Shown here in pieces: positions 48,290-50,784 of a stretch of 50,784 nucleotides of DNA. The DNA lies in the IMG/VR virus record IMGVR_UViG_3300037424_001831, positions 1 through 50,784 of that record. One strand, 5' to 3'. A program made the translations under genes and the position numbers. The stretch's first letter is position 1, and each line of letters starts with the position of its first letter. The notes under the pieces were generated by a model, which was not told the DNA's origin, searched no databases, and was given only the letters and a program-made list of their open reading frames with translations. Source of the stretch: a virus (lineage: Duplodnaviria; Caudoviricetes).

Positions 48290-48297
48290 AATAAATA
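48290..48297 (-). promoter_or_regulatory. TATTTATT variant of the late-promoter motif before the RHH-endonuclease pair
   Basis: One mismatch to TATTTATA, 15 nt upstream of the GTG. Confidence 0.4.
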
Positions 48298-48309
48298 GTA
48301 ATTAAAATT

Positions 48310-49200
48310 TTAAATTAAGTCACCTAATGCTTTTTTTGTTGTTTCATAAATTTCTTCGTCAAAACTAACGCCCACATCTTCATTGTAAAACAACTTCATA
48401 TATAAAGCATACCTTTCTTTTGCCCAATCAACGTATGTAGTCGGAACATTACCTGGACCATTATTTACAAAATTTTGGCCCGACCCAATTCCAGCAAAGT
48501 GAATTATCTTATTTCCGAAGTCATAAAGCTCATTCATCTTTGGAAAACCGTTGTCTGAATTTCCTTGTTCATCTGCACACCCATAATCTTTGAAGTTGAG
48601 GTAAAACATTTTTCCTCCATTTTTGATAATGTCAAATGACACTGGGTCAAAAAAATCAATTATAGGGTATCCAAACGGATTGTAATACCCAACTACCATC
48701 CTATGTAGAGTGTTAAATTCATAGTTACTTATTTTCTCCAGATTTATACCAAGAAAATATGTACTCACTGCATCTGGGAGTCCAAGGCCTCTAACATCAT
48801 CTCTCCCACACTTATTGTTCTCATAAGGCCTTCTCGGACCAACAAGGTCATATCCTTCATCAAATTTGTTTAAAATATCAGACAAGCACTCATCCCTAAA
48901 TATTACATCACTGTCAATTTGGATTACTTTCTTATAATTTCCATATTCACCCTTAAGAACTTTTGTCCATATGTATGATGTGCCGAGATGCCCCTGTTTA
49001 AAATACTCTCTTACTTGTTCATCAGTAGATAGTTCGATGTATTCATTATTATTATGCTTCAGCGCTGCTTTAAAATCTTTATGAGTTCCAAAGATATGAA
49101 TCTTGGCATCATGATGCTCGTGGAATGATTCCAGCATTTTATTTAGAACCTTTCCACAATTATAAGCAATGGTAAATATGAAAACATCTTTATTCTTCAT
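48310..49200 (-). CDS. GT-A fold glycosyltransferase
   Basis: FTIAYNCG, QIDSDVIF (DxD) and IIHFAG; start set at ATG 49200. Confidence 0.72.
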   Translation of the reverse strand: MKNKDVFIFTIAYNCGKVLNKMLESFHEHHDAKIHIFGTHKDFKAALKHNNNEYIELSTDEQVREYFKQGHLGTSYIWTKVLKGEYGNYKKVIQIDSDVIFRDECLSDILNKFDEGYDLVGPRRPYENNKCGRDDVRGLGLPDAVSTYFLGINLEKISNYEFNTLHRMVVGYYNPFGYPIIDFFDPVSFDIIKNGGKMFYLNFKDYGCADEQGNSDNGFPKMNELYDFGNKIIHFAGIGSGQNFVNNGPGNVPTTYVDWAKERYALYMKLFYNEDVGVSFDEEIYETTKKALGDLI

Positions 49201-49954
49201 CGTATAATTTATCAAGTGTGCTATAAGTCGGCCTCCCCCTGAGAATACCTTCAATTCTATTAATTTCCGACTGACTAATTTTAGATTCATTCATTGGATT
49301 CTCTCTATTGTAAACATAAAGAATATCTGGAATATATCTGCTCTTATCAACCCCGCACATCTCAAGCATTGGGAATTGAAATGATAAATCTGGAGCCATA
49401 GAAACATAGTCCCCAGTAGATGGGTCCTTCATGTCATCTGGATTTATCTTCAAGAAAAGCTCTCTCCTAAACGTTCTTAGGTGACTCGCAAGCCATCTAT
49501 GCTGTCTGAATGTTTTGTTCTGACGAACCTCAAGCGGGTATTCATGATAATGTTGTGATACATCTCGATAAGGAAATTCTTCATAAGTTCCATAGGTCAT
49601 CCAACAATCGTACTTATTGTATTCTTGGTTTATTCTCGACAACACATCTCCATGAGGAAACCAATCATCTCCATCAAGTGTAATCACAATAGATTTTGGT
49701 TTTGACATCTCTGTCCCAATTCTAATATTTTCACCCTGATACTTTCTTTGCTCATTCTGAAGTACCCGAATATTATCGAACTTATCGACATATTCAAGAG
49801 CTTTCTCATAGGTTCCGTCATTTGATTGTGCATCCAGGAATACAATTTCGTAATCAGGGTAGTTCTGGCTAATAGCGCTATCAAGACATCGTTCTACATA
49901 TTGAGCTGCATTTCTTGTGCTGATTACAATTGATATGTGGTTAATATTTGCCAT
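49190..49954 (-). CDS. GT2 glycosyltransferase
   Basis: SIVISTRN..YVERCLDS, DAQSNDGT, LDGDDW, SHLRTF. Confidence 0.85.
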   Translation of the reverse strand: MANINHISIVISTRNAAQYVERCLDSAISQNYPDYEIVFLDAQSNDGTYEKALEYVDKFDNIRVLQNEQRKYQGENIRIGTEMSKPKSIVITLDGDDWFPHGDVLSRINQEYNKYDCWMTYGTYEEFPYRDVSQHYHEYPLEVRQNKTFRQHRWLASHLRTFRRELFLKINPDDMKDPSTGDYVSMAPDLSFQFPMLEMCGVDKSRYIPDILYVYNRENPMNESKISQSEINRIEGILRGRPTYSTLDKLYDEE

Positions 49955-50772
49955 TACTTAAATTTTTTGATAGCCTCAGCCTTTAACATAATCATTTCCT
50001 TTTTTTGCTCAAGATTCATTGACTTAAATTCGTTTTGAATTTTTAACATTCCTGAAATGTATGGATTATCGTTCCATGTTGGCGGGTGGAACATGTGGTA
50101 AAGCTCAATGTCAGGAGCATCTGAAGTATACATCTTGTCAATAGCATTCACTTTCTCCCAAAAGAAAGCATCCTCTGGGGAGTTGGCCAAGAAAAACTCT
50201 GGGTCATAACCGCCAATCTCAAAAAACAAATCTCTCTCAATTGTTATGGAACCACCTGGGGCTCCAATTATATGTGGAGGATTTACTTCATTAAGTTCAA
50301 CACTCAAGTCATCAACTTCAAATTCTCCAGCTATGACTTTTTGGGTCAACTCTGGATTAATATACAAAACTCGCCTTCCTGTAAAATTTTGAATTGCTCT
50401 TGCCTTTTTGTCTCTTATATTTTTAAATAATCTCACGAAAAAATCTGATTGCATTAAACAGTCAATGTCATGGAATAAGATGTATTTTGACTTAGATGAG
50501 AATAAGGCTCCCATATTTTGAGCCAAGCACTTATTAAAGAGCTCGCCTGGCTCGGATTTAATCCAGATATAGTTTAGCCTATTCTTCTTGCAAAATTTTG
50601 AGTGTTCTGGATTTTCGCTATGCTCAACCATTGTATAAGAAATCTTTAATCCAGATTTTGCGGCAGCCACAGAAAAACTCTTATACATAGGTTCTGCAAA
50701 ATCATTTCTACCCCTTACAGGAATTATCGCACTAACGTCAAATAAATCCATAGTATCATGTACTACAGACAC
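49954..50772 (-). CDS. GT2/GT7-like (galactosyltransferase C-terminal domain) glycosyltransferase
   Basis: IIPVRGR, FNKCLAQNMG, FHDID, GGYDPEF...PED, HMFH. Confidence 0.78.
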   Translation of the reverse strand: MSVVHDTMDLFDVSAIIPVRGRNDFAEPMYKSFSVAAAKSGLKISYTMVEHSENPEHSKFCKKNRLNYIWIKSEPGELFNKCLAQNMGALFSSKSKYILFHDIDCLMQSDFFVRLFKNIRDKKARAIQNFTGRRVLYINPELTQKVIAGEFEVDDLSVELNEVNPPHIIGAPGGSITIERDLFFEIGGYDPEFFLANSPEDAFFWEKVNAIDKMYTSDAPDIELYHMFHPPTWNDNPYISGMLKIQNEFKSMNLEQKKEMIMLKAEAIKKFK

Positions 50773-50784
50773 ATTATTCTCAAG

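Larger units (their letters stand above)
46953..48477 (-). mobile_element. Putative free-standing endonuclease cassette carrying a replacement 3' end of its target gene
   Basis: Bounded by two copies of the glycosyltransferase C-terminal coding segment; contains RHH and endonuclease genes. Confidence 0.6.

Noticed and set aside
46953-48477. Group I intron or intein explanation for the endonuclease insertion
   Set aside because: The upstream GT has its own complete C-terminus and stop, the insert is almost fully protein-coding in separate ORFs, and I see no intron core or intein splice motifs.
1-50784. CRISPR arrays, tRNAs, rRNAs, integrase/transposase genes, stop-codon recoding
   Set aside because: None seen by eye. 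Standard-code ORFs tile the window tightly, and TAA, TGA and TAG all end genes at sensible boundaries.

Overview
A gene-dense, AT-rich segment of a large tailed dsDNA phage genome (myovirus-like, standard genetic code). A Bacteroidota-like host is inferred from A-rich start regions without Shine-Dalgarno sequences. From left to right: (1) 1-3104, a replication/recombination block with a fused Mre11/SbcD-Rad50/SbcC gene that runs off the left edge and is absent from the ORF track, a primase and a RuvC-like resolvase. (2) About 3.2-30.5 kb, a contractile-tail/baseplate module (gp6-like, gp25-like, gp5-like spike, P2 gpI-like wedge, fibre-like proteins), interrupted by a CinA/PncC gene and including a protein with a nucleotidyltransferase domain. 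Many of these genes are preceded by a TATTTATA motif. (3) A gp55/sigma-like factor, two glycosyltransferases, a vWA protein followed by a candidate ~190-nt structured RNA and a terminator, a HAD-like protein, DUF1653 and a T5 A1-like metallophosphoesterase. (4) A cluster of at least 13 kb of sugar-nucleotide and glycosyltransferase genes encoding an apparent GDP-colitose route (gmd, His-type ColD, Fcl/ColC) plus GT11, GT10, GT2/GT7-like, sulfotransferase and methyltransferase genes. The most striking observation is a ~1.5-kb cassette inside this cluster (promoter motif, unannotated ribbon-helix-helix gene, PD-(D/E)XK endonuclease, small ORF). It is flanked by two divergent copies of the same glycosyltransferase C-terminus, which looks like a mobile endonuclease element that swapped the 3' end of its target gene. 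All family calls come from motif recognition by eye; no searches were run.
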